From Octopus vulgaris (Eukaryota): a stretch of 64,000 nucleotides of DNA. Positions 1-9,993 of this stretch are shown piece by piece. The position numbers and the translations under genes were made by a program. The notes under the pieces were generated by a model. The model was given only the letters and a program-made list of their open reading frames with translations. It had not been told where the DNA came from and ran no database searches. The stretch's first letter is position 1; every line of letters begins with the position of its first letter. The stretch covers positions 1 through 64,000 of the forward strand of contig OX597831.1 in assembly GCA_951406725.2 (NCBI GenBank). The letters run 5' to 3'.

Positions 1-763
1 GTGTGAGTGCGCATGCGCGAAGGTGCGACTGCGCATGCGCGAACGTGTGACTGCGTATGCGCGGAAGTGTAAGTGCGCATGCGCGAAAGTGCGACTGCGC
101 ATGCGTTAACGTGTGACTGCGCATGCGCGAACGTTTGACTGCGCATGCGCGAAAGTGTGAGTGCGCATGCGCGAAAGTGTGACTGCGCATGCGCGAACGT
201 GTGAATGCGCATGCGCGAAAGTGTGAGTGCGCATGCGCGAAAGTTTAACTGCGCATGCGCGAAAGTGTGACTGCGCATGCGCGAACGTGTGACTGCGCAT
301 GCGCGAACGTGTGACTGCGCATGCGCGGAAGTGTGAGTGCGCATGCGCGAAGGTGCGACTGCGCATGCGCGAACGTGTGACTGCGCATGCGCGGAAGTGT
401 GAGTGCGCATGCGCGAAAGTGCGACTGCGCATGCGTTAACGTGCGACTGCGCATGCGCGAACGTTTGACTGCGCATGCGCGAAAGTGTGAGTGCGCATGC
501 GCGAAAGTGTTACTGCGCATGCGCGAACGTGTAAATGCGCATGCGCCAAAGTGTGAGTTCGCATGCGCGAAAGTTTAACTGCGCATGCGCGAAAGTGTGA
601 CTGCGCATGCGTCAACGTGTGACTGCGCATGCGCGAACGTGTGACTGCGCATGCGCGGAAGTGTGAGTGCGCATGCGCGAAAGTGCGACGGCGCATGCGT
701 TACCGTGTGACTGCGCATGCGCGAAAGTGTGAGTGCGCATGCGCGAAAGTGCGACTGCGCATG
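1..763 (+). repeat. 22-bp CpG-rich satellite array, consensus GTGTGACTGCGCATGCGCGAA(A/C); truncated by window start
   Basis: Direct 22-bp periodicity (gtgtgagtgcgcatgcgcgaag / gtgcgactgcgcatgcgcgaac ...). The 22-aa peptide period in the ORF track equals 3 monomers. Confidence 0.97.
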
Positions 764-1326
764 GCCGCAGTGAAATGACTGAAAGAGAGTAAAGAGAGTA
801 TATACAGGCACAGGAATGACTGTGTGGAACCACATGATTCCGGGTTCAGTACTGGGCTTACAAAAGAATAAGTCCTGGAGTCGAGTTGCTCGATTAAAGG
901 CGGTGCTGCAGCATGGCCGCAGTGAAATGACTGAAACAGAGTAAAGAGAGTATATACAGGCACAGGAATGGCTGTGTGGAACCACATGATTCCGGGTTCA
1001 GTACTGGGCTTACAAAAGAATAATTCCTGGAGTCGAGTTGCTCGATTAAAGGCGGTGCTCCAGCATGGCCGCAGTGAAATGACTGAAACAGAGTAAAGAG
1101 AGTATATACAGGCACAGAATTTGCTGTGTGGAACAACATGATTCCGGGTTCAGTACTGGGCTTACAAAAGAATAAGTCCTGGAGTCGAGTTGCTCGATTA
1201 AAGGCGGTGCTGCAGCATGGCCGCAGTGAAATGACTGAAACAGAGTAAAGAGAGTATATACAGGCACAGGAATGGCTGTGTGGAACCACATGATTCCGGG
1301 TTCAGTACTGGGCTTACAAAAGAATA
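759..1326 (+). repeat. 152-bp tandem repeat, ~3.7 copies (SINE-derived satellite)
   Basis: GCATGGCCGCAG recurs at 759, 911, 1063 and 1215. The last copy breaks off at ...CAAAAGAATA. Confidence 0.96.
969..1004 (+). promoter_or_regulatory. Degenerate Pol III internal promoter remnant (A-box-like TGGCTGTGTGG, B-box-like GGTTCAGTAC), repeated in the 152-bp monomers
   Basis: Resembles tRNA A box TRGCNNARYGG (1 mismatch) and B box GGTTCRANNCC (partial). Only ~15 nt separate the boxes, shorter than in tRNA genes. Confidence 0.45.
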
Positions 1327-1400
1327 TATATACGATGGTCTTCTTTCAGTTTCCGTCTACCAAATCAACTCACAAGGCTTTGGTCGGCCCAAGGTGCCAC
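1327..1400 (-). mobile_element. 74-bp linker: antisense fragment of the central region of an octopus-type tRNA-derived SINE (copy 1)
   Basis: CTTTCAGTTTCCGTCTACCAAATCAACTCACAAGGCTTTGGTCGGCCCAAGGTGCCAC resembles a very abundant Octopus SINE as I recall it. The minus strand has a CORE-like GCACCTTGGGC. The family identity is from memory only. Confidence 0.7.
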
Positions 1401-2150
1401 GCATGCGCGAAAGTGTGACTGCGCATGCGTTAACGTGTGACTGCGCATGCGCGAACGTGTGACTGCGCATGCGCGAAAGTGTGAATGCGCATGCGCGGAA
1501 GTGTGAGTGCGCATGCGCGAAGGTGAGACTGCGCATGCGCGAACGTGTGAATGCGCATGCGCGAACGTGTGACTGCGCATGCGCGGAAGTGTGAGTGCGC
1601 ATGCGCGAAAGCTCGACTGCGCATGCGCTAAAGTGTGAATGCGCATGCGCGAAAGTGTGAGTGCGCATGCGCGAAAGTGTGACTGCGCATGCGCGAACGT
1701 GTGACTGCGCATGCGCGAAATTGTAACTGCGCATGCGCGAAAGTGTGACTGCGCATGCGCGAACGTGTGACTGCGCATGCGCGAAAGTGTGAGTGCGCAT
1801 GCGCGAAGGTGTGACTGCGCATGCGCGAACGTGTGACTGCGCATGCGCGAAGTGTAACTGCGCATGCGCGAAAGTGTGACTGCGCATGCGCGAACGTGTG
1901 ACTGCGCATGCGCGAACGTTTGACTGCGCATGCGTGAAAGCGTTAATGCGCATGCGCGAAAGTGTCACTGCACATGCGTCAACGTGTGACTGCGGAAGCG
2001 CGAACGTGTGACTGCGCATGCGCGAACGTGTGACTGCGCATGCGCGGAAGTGTGAGTGCGCATGCGCGAAAGTGCGACTGCGCATGCGTTACCGTGTGAC
2101 TGCGCATGCGCGAACGTGTGAGTGCGCATGCGCGAAGGTGCGACTGCGAA
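1401..2150 (+). repeat. 22-bp CpG-rich satellite array
   Basis: Same 22-bp monomer, ~34 copies. Confidence 0.97.
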
Positions 2151-3324
2151 TGGCCGCAGTGAAATGACTGAAACAGAGTAAAGAGAGTATATACAGGCAC
2201 AGGATTTGCTGTGTGGAACAACATGATTCCGGGTTCAGTACTGGGCTTACAAAAAGAATAAGTCCTGGAGTCGAGTTGCTCGATTAAAGAAGGTGCTCCA
2301 GCATGGCTGCAGTGAAATGACTGAAACAGAGTAAAGAGAGTATATACAGGCACAGAATTTGCTGTGTGGAACAACATGATTCAGGGTTCAGTACTGGGCT
2401 TACAAAAGAATAAATCCTGGAGTCGAGTTGCTTGATTAAAGGCGTAGCTGCAGCATGGCCGCAGTGAAATGACTGAAACAGAGTAAAGAGAGTATATACA
2501 GGCACAGGAATGGCTGTGTGGAACCACATGATTCCGGGTTCAGTACTGGGCTTACAAAAGAATAAGTCCTGGAGTCGAGTTGCTCGATTAAAGGCGGTGC
2601 TGCAGCATGGCCGCAGTGAAATGACTGAAACAGAGTAAAGAGAGTATATACAGGCACAGGAATGGCTGTGTGGAACCACATGATTCCGGGTTCAGTACTG
2701 GGCTTACAAAAGAATAAGTCCTGGAGTCGAGTTGCTCGATTAAAGGCGGTGCTCCAGCATGGCCGCAGTGAAATGACTGAAACAGAGTAAAGAGAGTATA
2801 TACAGGCACAGGAATGGCTGTGTGGAACAACATGATTCCGGGTTCAGTACTGGCCTTACAAAAGAATAAGTCCTGGAGTCGAGTTGCTCGATTAAAGAAG
2901 GTGCTCCAGCATGGCCGCAGTGAAATGACTGAAACAGAGTAAAGAGAGTATATACAGGCACAGGAATGGCTGTGTGGAACCACATGATTCCGGGTTCAGT
3001 ACTGGGCTTACAAAATAATAAGTCCTGGAGTCGAGTTGCTCGATTAAAGGCGGTGCTGCAGCATGGCCGCAGTGAAATGACTGAAACAGAGTAAAGAGAG
3101 TATATACAGGCACAGGAATGGCTGTGTGGAACCACATGATTCCGGGTTCAGTACTGGGCTTACAAAAGTATAAGTCCTGGAGTCGAGTTGCTCGATTAAA
3201 GGCGGTGCTGCAGCATGGCCGCAGTGAAATGACTGAAACAGAGTAAAGAGAGTATATACAGGCACAGGAATGGCTGTGTGGAACCACATGATTCCGGGTT
3301 CAGTACTGGGCTTACAAGAGAATA
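2148..3324 (+). repeat. 152-bp tandem repeat, ~7.7 copies
   Basis: Monomer starts at 2148, 2301, 2453, 2605, 2757, 2909, 3061 and 3213. Confidence 0.96.
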
Positions 3325-3398
3325 TATATACGATGGTCTTCTTTCAGTTTCCGTCTACCAAATCAACTCACAAGGCTTTGGTCGGCCCAAGGTGCCAC
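3325..3398 (-). mobile_element. 74-bp SINE-fragment linker (copy 2)
   Basis: Essentially identical to 1327-1400. Confidence 0.7.
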
Positions 3399-4757
3399 GC
3401 AGGCGCGAAAGTGTGACTGCGCATGCGTTAACGTGTGACTGCGCCTGCGCGAAAGTGTGAATGCGCATGCGCGAAAATGTTAGTGCGCATGCGCGAACGT
3501 GTGACTGCGCATGCACGGAAGTGTCAGTGCGCATGCGCGAAAGTGCGACTGCGCATGCGCTAAAGTGTGAATGCGCATGCGCGAAAGTGTGAGTGCGCAT
3601 GCGCGAAAGTGTGACTGCGCATGCGCGAAAGTGTGAATGCGCATGCGCGAGTGTGAGAGCGCATGCGCGAAAGTGTAACTGCGCATGCGCGAAAGTTTGA
3701 CTGAGCATGCGTCAACGTGTGACGGCGCATGCGCGAACGTGTGGCTGCGCATGCGCGGAAGTGTGAGTGCGCAGGCGCGAAGGTGCGACTGCGAATGCGC
3801 GAACGTGTGACTGCGCATGCGCGGAAGTGTAAGTGCGCATGCGCGAAAGATCGACTGCGCATGCGTTAACGTGTGACTGCGCATGCGCGAACGTTTGACT
3901 GCGCATGCGCGAAAGTGTGAGTGCGCATGCGCGAAAGTGTTACTGCGCCTGCGCGAACGTGTAAATGCGCATGCGCGAAAGTTTAACTGCGCATGCGCGA
4001 AAGTGTGACTGCGCATGCGCGAACGTGTGACTGCGCATGCGCGAACGTGTGACTGCGCATGCGCAAAATTGTAACTGCGCATGCGCGAACGTGTGACTGC
4101 GCATGCGCAAAAGTGTGACTGCGCATGCGCGAAAATGTTATTGCGCATGCGTGGAAGTGTAAGTGCGCATGCGCGAAAGTGTGAGTGCGCATGCGCGAAG
4201 GTGCGACTGCGCATGCGCGAACGTGTGACTGCGCATGCGCTGAAGTGTACGTGCGCATGCGCGAAAGTGCGACTGCGCATGCGTTAACGTGTGACTGCGC
4301 ATGCGCGAACGTGTAAATGCGCATGCGCGAAAGTGTGAGTGCGCATGCGCGAAAGTTTAACTGCGCATGCGCGAAAGTGTGACTGCGCATGCGCGAACGT
4401 GTGACTGCGCATGCGCGAACGTGTGACTGCGCATGCGCGAACGTGTGACTGCGCATGCGCAAAATTGTAACTGCGCATGCGCGAACGTGTGACTGCGCAT
4501 GCGCAAAAGTGTGACTGCGCATGCGCGAAAATGTTATTGCGCATGCGCGAAGGTGAGATTGCGCATGCGCGAACGTGTGAATGCGCATGCGCGAACGTGT
4601 GACTGCGCATGCGCGGAAGTGTGAGTGCGCATGCGCGAAAGTGCGACTGCGAATAAGCTAAAGTGTGAATGCGCATGCGCGAAAGTGTGAATGCGCATGC
4701 GCGAAGGTGTGACTGCGCATGCGCGAACGTGTGAATGCGCATGCGCGAGAGCGCATG
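3399..4757 (+). repeat. 22-bp CpG-rich satellite array
   Basis: Same 22-bp monomer, ~60 copies. Confidence 0.97.
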
Positions 4758-5472
4758 GCCGCAGTGAAATGACTGAAACAGAGTAAAGAGAGTATATACA
4801 GGCACAGGAATGGCTGTGTGGAACCACATGATTCCGGGTTCAGTACTGGGCTTACAAAAGAATAAGTCCTGGAGTCGAGTTGCTCGATTAAAGGCGGTGC
4901 TGCAGCATGGCCGCAGTGAAATGACTAAAACAGAGTAAAGAGAGTATATACAAGCACAGGAATGGCTGTGTGGAACCACATGATTCCGGGTTCAGTACTG
5001 GGCTTACAAAAGAATAAGTCCTGGAGTCGAGTTGCTCGATTAAAGAAGGTGCTCCAGCATGGCCGCAGTGAAATGACTGAAACAGAGTAAAGAGAGTATA
5101 TACAGGCACAGGATTTGCTGTGTGGAACAACATGATTCCGGGTTCAGTACTGGGCTTACAAAATAATAAGTCCTGGAGTCCAGTTGCTCGATTAAAGAAG
5201 GTGCTCTAGCATGGCTGCAGTGAAATGACTGAAACAGATGAAACAGAGTATATACAGGCACAGGAATGGCTGTGTGGAACCACATGATTCCGGGTTCAGT
5301 ACTGGGCTTACAAAAGAATAAGTCCTGGAGTCGAGTTGCTCGATTAAAGGCGGTGCTGCAGCATGGCCGCAGTGAAATGACTGAAACAGAGTAAAGAGAG
5401 TATATACAGGCACAGGAATGGCTGTGTGGAACCACATGATTCCGGGTTCAGTACTGGGCTTACAAAAGAATA
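4753..5472 (+). repeat. 152-bp tandem repeat, ~4.7 copies
   Basis: Monomer starts at 4753, 4905, 5057, 5209 and 5361. Confidence 0.96.
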
Positions 5473-5546
5473 TATATACGATGGTCTTCTTTCAGTTTCC
5501 GTCTACCAAATCAACTCACAAGGCTTTGGTCGGCCAAAGGTGCCAC
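5473..5546 (-). mobile_element. 74-bp SINE-fragment linker (copy 3)
   Basis: Near-identical to 1327-1400 (cggccaaagg variant). Confidence 0.7.
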
Positions 5547-6444
5547 GCAGGCGCGAAAGTGTGACTGCGCATGCGTTAACCTGTGACTGCGCCTGCGCGA
5601 AAGTGTGAATGCGCATGCGCGAAAATGTTAGGCGCATGCGCGAACGTGTGACTGCGCATGCGCGGAAGTGTGAGTGCGCATGCGCGAAAGTGCGACTGTC
5701 ATGCGCTAAAGTTTGAATGCGCATAAGCGAAAGTGTAACTGCGCATGCGCGAAAGTGTGACTGCGCATGCGTCAACGTGTGACTGCGCATGCGCGAACGT
5801 GTGACTGCGCATGCGCGGAAGTGTGAGTGCGCATGCGCGAAAGTGCGACTGCGCATGCGCGAACGTGTGACTGCGCATGCGCGGAAGTGTAAGTGCGCAT
5901 GCGCGAAAGTGCGACTGCGCATGCGTTAACGTGTGACTGCGCATGCGCGAACGTTTGACTGCGCATGCGCGAAAGTGTGAGTGCGCATGCGCGAAAGTGT
6001 GAGTGCGCATGCGCGAACGTGTGAATGCGCATGCGCGAACGTGTGAATGCGCATGCGCGAAAGTTTAACTGCGCATGCGCGAAAGTGTGACTGCGCATGC
6101 GCGAACGTGTGACTGCGCATGCGCGAACGTGTGACTGCGCATGCGCCAAATTGTAACTGCGCATGCGCGAACGTGTGACTGCGCATGCGCAAAAGTCTGA
6201 CTGCGCATGCGCGAAAATGTTATTGCGCATGCGCGAAGGTGAGATTGCGCATGCGCGAACGTGTGAATGCGCATGCGCGAACGTGTGACTGCGCATGCGC
6301 GGAAGTGTGAGTGCGCATGCGCGAAAGTGCGACTGCGAATAAGCTAAAAGTGTGAATGCGCATGCGCGAAAGTGTGAATGCGCATGCGCGAAGGTGTGAC
6401 TGCGCATGCGCGAACGTGTGAATGCGCATGCGCGAGAGCGCATG
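5547..6444 (+). repeat. 22-bp CpG-rich satellite array
   Basis: Same 22-bp monomer, ~40 copies. Confidence 0.97.
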
Positions 6445-7009
6445 GCCGCAGTGAAATGACTGAAACAGAGTAAAGAGAGTATATACAGGCACAGGAATGG
6501 CTGTGTGGAACCACATGATTCCGGGTTCAGTACTAGGCTTACAAAAGGATAAGTCCTGGAGTCGAGTTGCTCGATTAAAGAAGGTGCTCCAGCATGGCCG
6601 CAGTGAAATGACTGAAACAGAGTAAAGAGAGTATATACAGGCACAGGAATGGCTGTGTGGAACCACATGATTCCGGGTTCAGTACTGGGCTTACAAAATA
6701 ATAAGTCCTGGAGTCGAGTTGCTCGATTAAAGGCGGTGCGACTGCGCATGGCCGCAGTGAAATGACTGAAACAGAGTAAAGAGAGTATATACAGGCACAG
6801 GAATGGCTGTGTGGAACCACATGATTCCGGGTTCAGTACTGGGCTTACAAAAGAATAAGTCCTGGAGTCGAGTTGCTTGATTAAAGGCGGTGCTGCAGCA
6901 TGGCCGCAGTGAAATGACTGAAACAGAGTAAAGAGAGTATATACAGGCACAGGAATGGCTGTGTGGAACCACATGATTCCGGGTTCAGTACTGGGCTTAC
7001 AAAAGAATA
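6440..7009 (+). repeat. 152-bp tandem repeat, ~3.7 copies
   Basis: Monomer starts at 6440, 6592, 6746 and 6898. Confidence 0.96.
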
Positions 7010-7083
7010 TATATACGATGGTCTTCTTTCAGTTTCCGTCTACCAAATCAACTCACAAGGCTTTGGTCGGCCCAATGTGCCAC
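7010..7083 (-). mobile_element. 74-bp SINE-fragment linker (copy 4)
   Basis: Near-identical to 1327-1400 (cccaatgtgc variant). Confidence 0.7.
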
Positions 7084-8361
7084 GCAGGCGCGAAAGTGTG
7101 ACTGCGCATGCGTTAACGTGTGACTGCGCCTGCGCGAAAGTGTGAATGCGCATGCGCAGGAATAGTGCGCATGCGCGAACGTTGACTGCGCATGCGCGAA
7201 AGTGTGAGTGCGCATGCCGCGAAAGTGTTACTGCGCATGCGCGAACGTGTGAATGCGCATGCGCGGAAGTGTGAGTGCGCATGCGCGAAGGATCGACTGC
7301 GCATGCGCGAACGTGTGACTGCGCATGCGCGAAAGTGTAAGTGCGCATGCGCGAAAGTGTGACTGCGCATGCGTTAACGTGTGACTGCGCATGCGCGAAC
7401 GTGTGACTGCGCATGCGCGAAAATGTGAGTGCGCATGCGCGAACGTGTGACTGCGCATGCGCGGAAGTGTGACTGCGCCTGCGCGAAAGTGTGAATGCGC
7501 ATGCGTTAAAATGTTAGTGCGCATGCGCGAACGTTTGACTGCGCATGCGCGAAAGTGTGAGTGCGCATGCGCGAAAGTGTGAATGCGCATGCGCGGAAGT
7601 GTGAGTGCGCATGCGCGGAAGTGTGAGTGCGCATGCGCGAAGGATCGACTGCGCATGCGCGAACGTGTGACTGCGCATGCGCGGAAGTGTAAGTGCGCAT
7701 GCGCGAAAGTGCGACTGCGCATGCGTTAACGTGTGACTGCGCATGCGCGAACGTTTGACTGCGCATGCGCGAAAGTGTGAGTGCGCATGCGCGAAAGTGT
7801 TACTGCGCATGCGCGAACGTGTGAATGCGCATGCGCGAAAGTTTGAGTGCTCATGCGCGAAAGTTTAACTGCGCATGCGCGAAAGTGTGCCTGCGCATAC
7901 GCGAACGTGTGACTGTTCATGCGCGAACGTGTGACTGCGCATGCGCAACATCGTAACTGCGCATGCGCGAACGTGTGACTGCGCATGCGCGAACGTGTGA
8001 ATGCGCATGCGCGAACGTGTGACTGCGCATGCGCGGAAGTGTGAGTGCGCATGCGCGAAAGTGCGACTGCGAATAAGCTAAAGTGTGAATGCGCATGCGC
8101 GAAAGTGTGACTGCGCATGCGCGAAGGTGTGACTGCGCATGCGCGAACGTGTGAATGCGCATGCGCGAAAGTGTGAGTGCGCATGCGCGAACGTGTGACT
8201 GCGCATGCGCGAACGTGTGACTGCGCATGCGCGGAAGTGTGAGTGCGCATGCGCGAAAGTGCGACTGCGCATGCGCTAAAGTGTGAATGCGCATGCGCGA
8301 AAGTGTGAGTGCGCATGCGCGAAAGTGTGACTGCGCATGCGCGAAAGTGTGAATGCGCATG
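7084..8361 (+). repeat. 22-bp CpG-rich satellite array
   Basis: Same 22-bp monomer, ~58 copies. Confidence 0.97.
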
Positions 8362-8600
8362 ACCCGGAATCAATTGGTTCCACACAGCCATTCCTGTGCC
8401 TGTATATACTCTCTTTACTCTGTTTCAGTCATTTCACTGCGGCCATGCTGGAGCACCTTCTTTAATCGAGCAACTCGACTCCAGGACTTATTCTTTTGTA
8501 AGCCCAGTACTGAACCCGGAATCATGTGGTTCCACACAGCCATTCCTGTGCCTGTATATACTCTCTTTACTCTCTTTCAGTCATTTCACTGCGGCCATGC
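8362..8600 (-). repeat. 152-bp repeat in inverted orientation, ~1.6 copies
   Basis: ACCCGGAATC...CACACAGCCATTCCTGTGCC...GCGGCCATGC is the reverse complement of the 152-mer. Confidence 0.95.
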
Positions 8601-9205
8601 GCAGTCGCACTTTCGCGCATGCGCACTCACACTTTCGCGCATGCGCAGTCACACGTTCGCGCATGCGCAGTCACACGGTAACGCATGCGCCGTCGCACTT
8701 TCGCGCATGCGCACTCACACTTCCGCGCATGCGCAGTCACACGTTCGCGCATGCGCAGTCACACTTAAACGCATGCGCAGTCACACTTTCGCGCATGCGC
8801 ATTTAAACTTTCGCGCATGCGCAGTCACACTTTCGCGCATGCGCATTCACACGTTCGCGCATAGACAGTAACACTTTCGCGCATGCGCACTCATAATTTC
8901 GCGCATGCGCACTCATACTTTCGCGCATGCGCAGTCAAACGTTCGCGCATGCGCAGTCACACGTTAACGCATGCGCATTCGCACTTTCGCGCATGCGCAC
9001 TTACACTTCCGCGCATGCGCAGTCACACGTTCGCGCATGCGCAGTCGCACCTTCGCGCATGCGCACTCACACTTCCGCGCATGCGCAGTGACACGTTCGC
9101 GCATGCGCGGTCACACGTTGACGCATGCGCAGTCACACTTTCGCGCATGCGCAGTTACACTTTCGCGCATGCGCACTCACACTCTCGCGCATGCGCATTC
9201 ACACT
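8596..9205 (-). repeat. 22-bp satellite array in inverted orientation
   Basis: Monomer reads TTTCGCGCATGCGCAGTCACAC. Confidence 0.96.
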
Positions 9206-9954
9206 TATTTATTTATTTCTAGATTCTATTTGTAGATTCTATTTATAGATACTATTTATAGATTATATTTATAGATTCTCTTCATAGATTCTATTTATAG
9301 ATTTTATTTATAGATTCTATTTATAGATACTATTTATTTATTTATTTATTTATTTATAGCTTCTATTTATAGCTTCTATTTATAGCTTCTATTTAATAGC
9401 TACTAATTATATATTCTATTTATAAATTCTATTTATAGATACTATTTATAGATTCTATTTATAGATTCTATTTATAGATTCTATTTATAGATTCTATTTA
9501 TAGATTCTATGTATAGATACTATTTATAGATTCTATTTATGCATATAGAATATAACTATTTTTAGTTGCTGTTCTATTTTTAGTTTATTTGTCCTATTTT
9601 TAGTTGCTGTTCTATTTTTAGTTTATTTGTTCTATTTTTAGTTTATTTGTTCTATTTTTAGTTTATTAAAATAGCAACTAAAAATAGTTATATTCTGTAT
9701 AAATAAATATAATCTATAAATAGAATCTATAAATAGAATCTATAAATGGAATCTATAAATAGTATCTATAAATAAATTTGTAAATAGTATCTATAAATAG
9801 AATCTACAAATAGAATCTATAAATAAATACATATTTATTTTATTTATAGATTCTATTTATAGATTCTATTTATAGAATATTTATTTTATTTATAGATTCT
9901 ATTTATAGATTCTATTTATAGATTCTATTTATAGATTCTATTTATATATTCTTT

Positions 9955-9993
<39 letters not shown>

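Noticed and set aside
955-1010. tRNA gene or tRNA array in the 152-mer
   Set aside because: Only A/B-box-like remnants are present. The segment between them is too short for an anticodon arm and no cloverleaf can be formed.
911-1062. RUNX (AACCACA), TEAD (GGAATG), E-box (CACATG) and AP-1/IRF-like motifs in the 152-mer
   Set aside because: Short 6-7 bp matches are expected by chance in 152 bp and are explained by the presumed SINE ancestry.
575-6972. Repeated 81/131-aa ORFs (MWFHTAIPVPVY..., MVPHSHSCAC...) and 60-aa MEPHDSG... ORFs
   Set aside because: They are frame-rotating translations of the 152-bp repeat and linker. 152 is not a multiple of 3, so no frame is conserved.
1-9205. CRISPR-like array (constant palindrome plus variable spacer)
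   Set aside because: The spacers are ~10 bp, mutually similar and re-used. There are no cas genes or leader, and the context is eukaryotic satellite.
106-9248. Dozens of ORFs with MRSHTFAHAQSHFRACAVTRSR repeats, up to 400 aa (5772-6974)
   Set aside because: They are translations of the 22-bp satellite, which lacks stops on one strand in all frames. They overlap in three frames with the same peptide and show no domain or codon signal.
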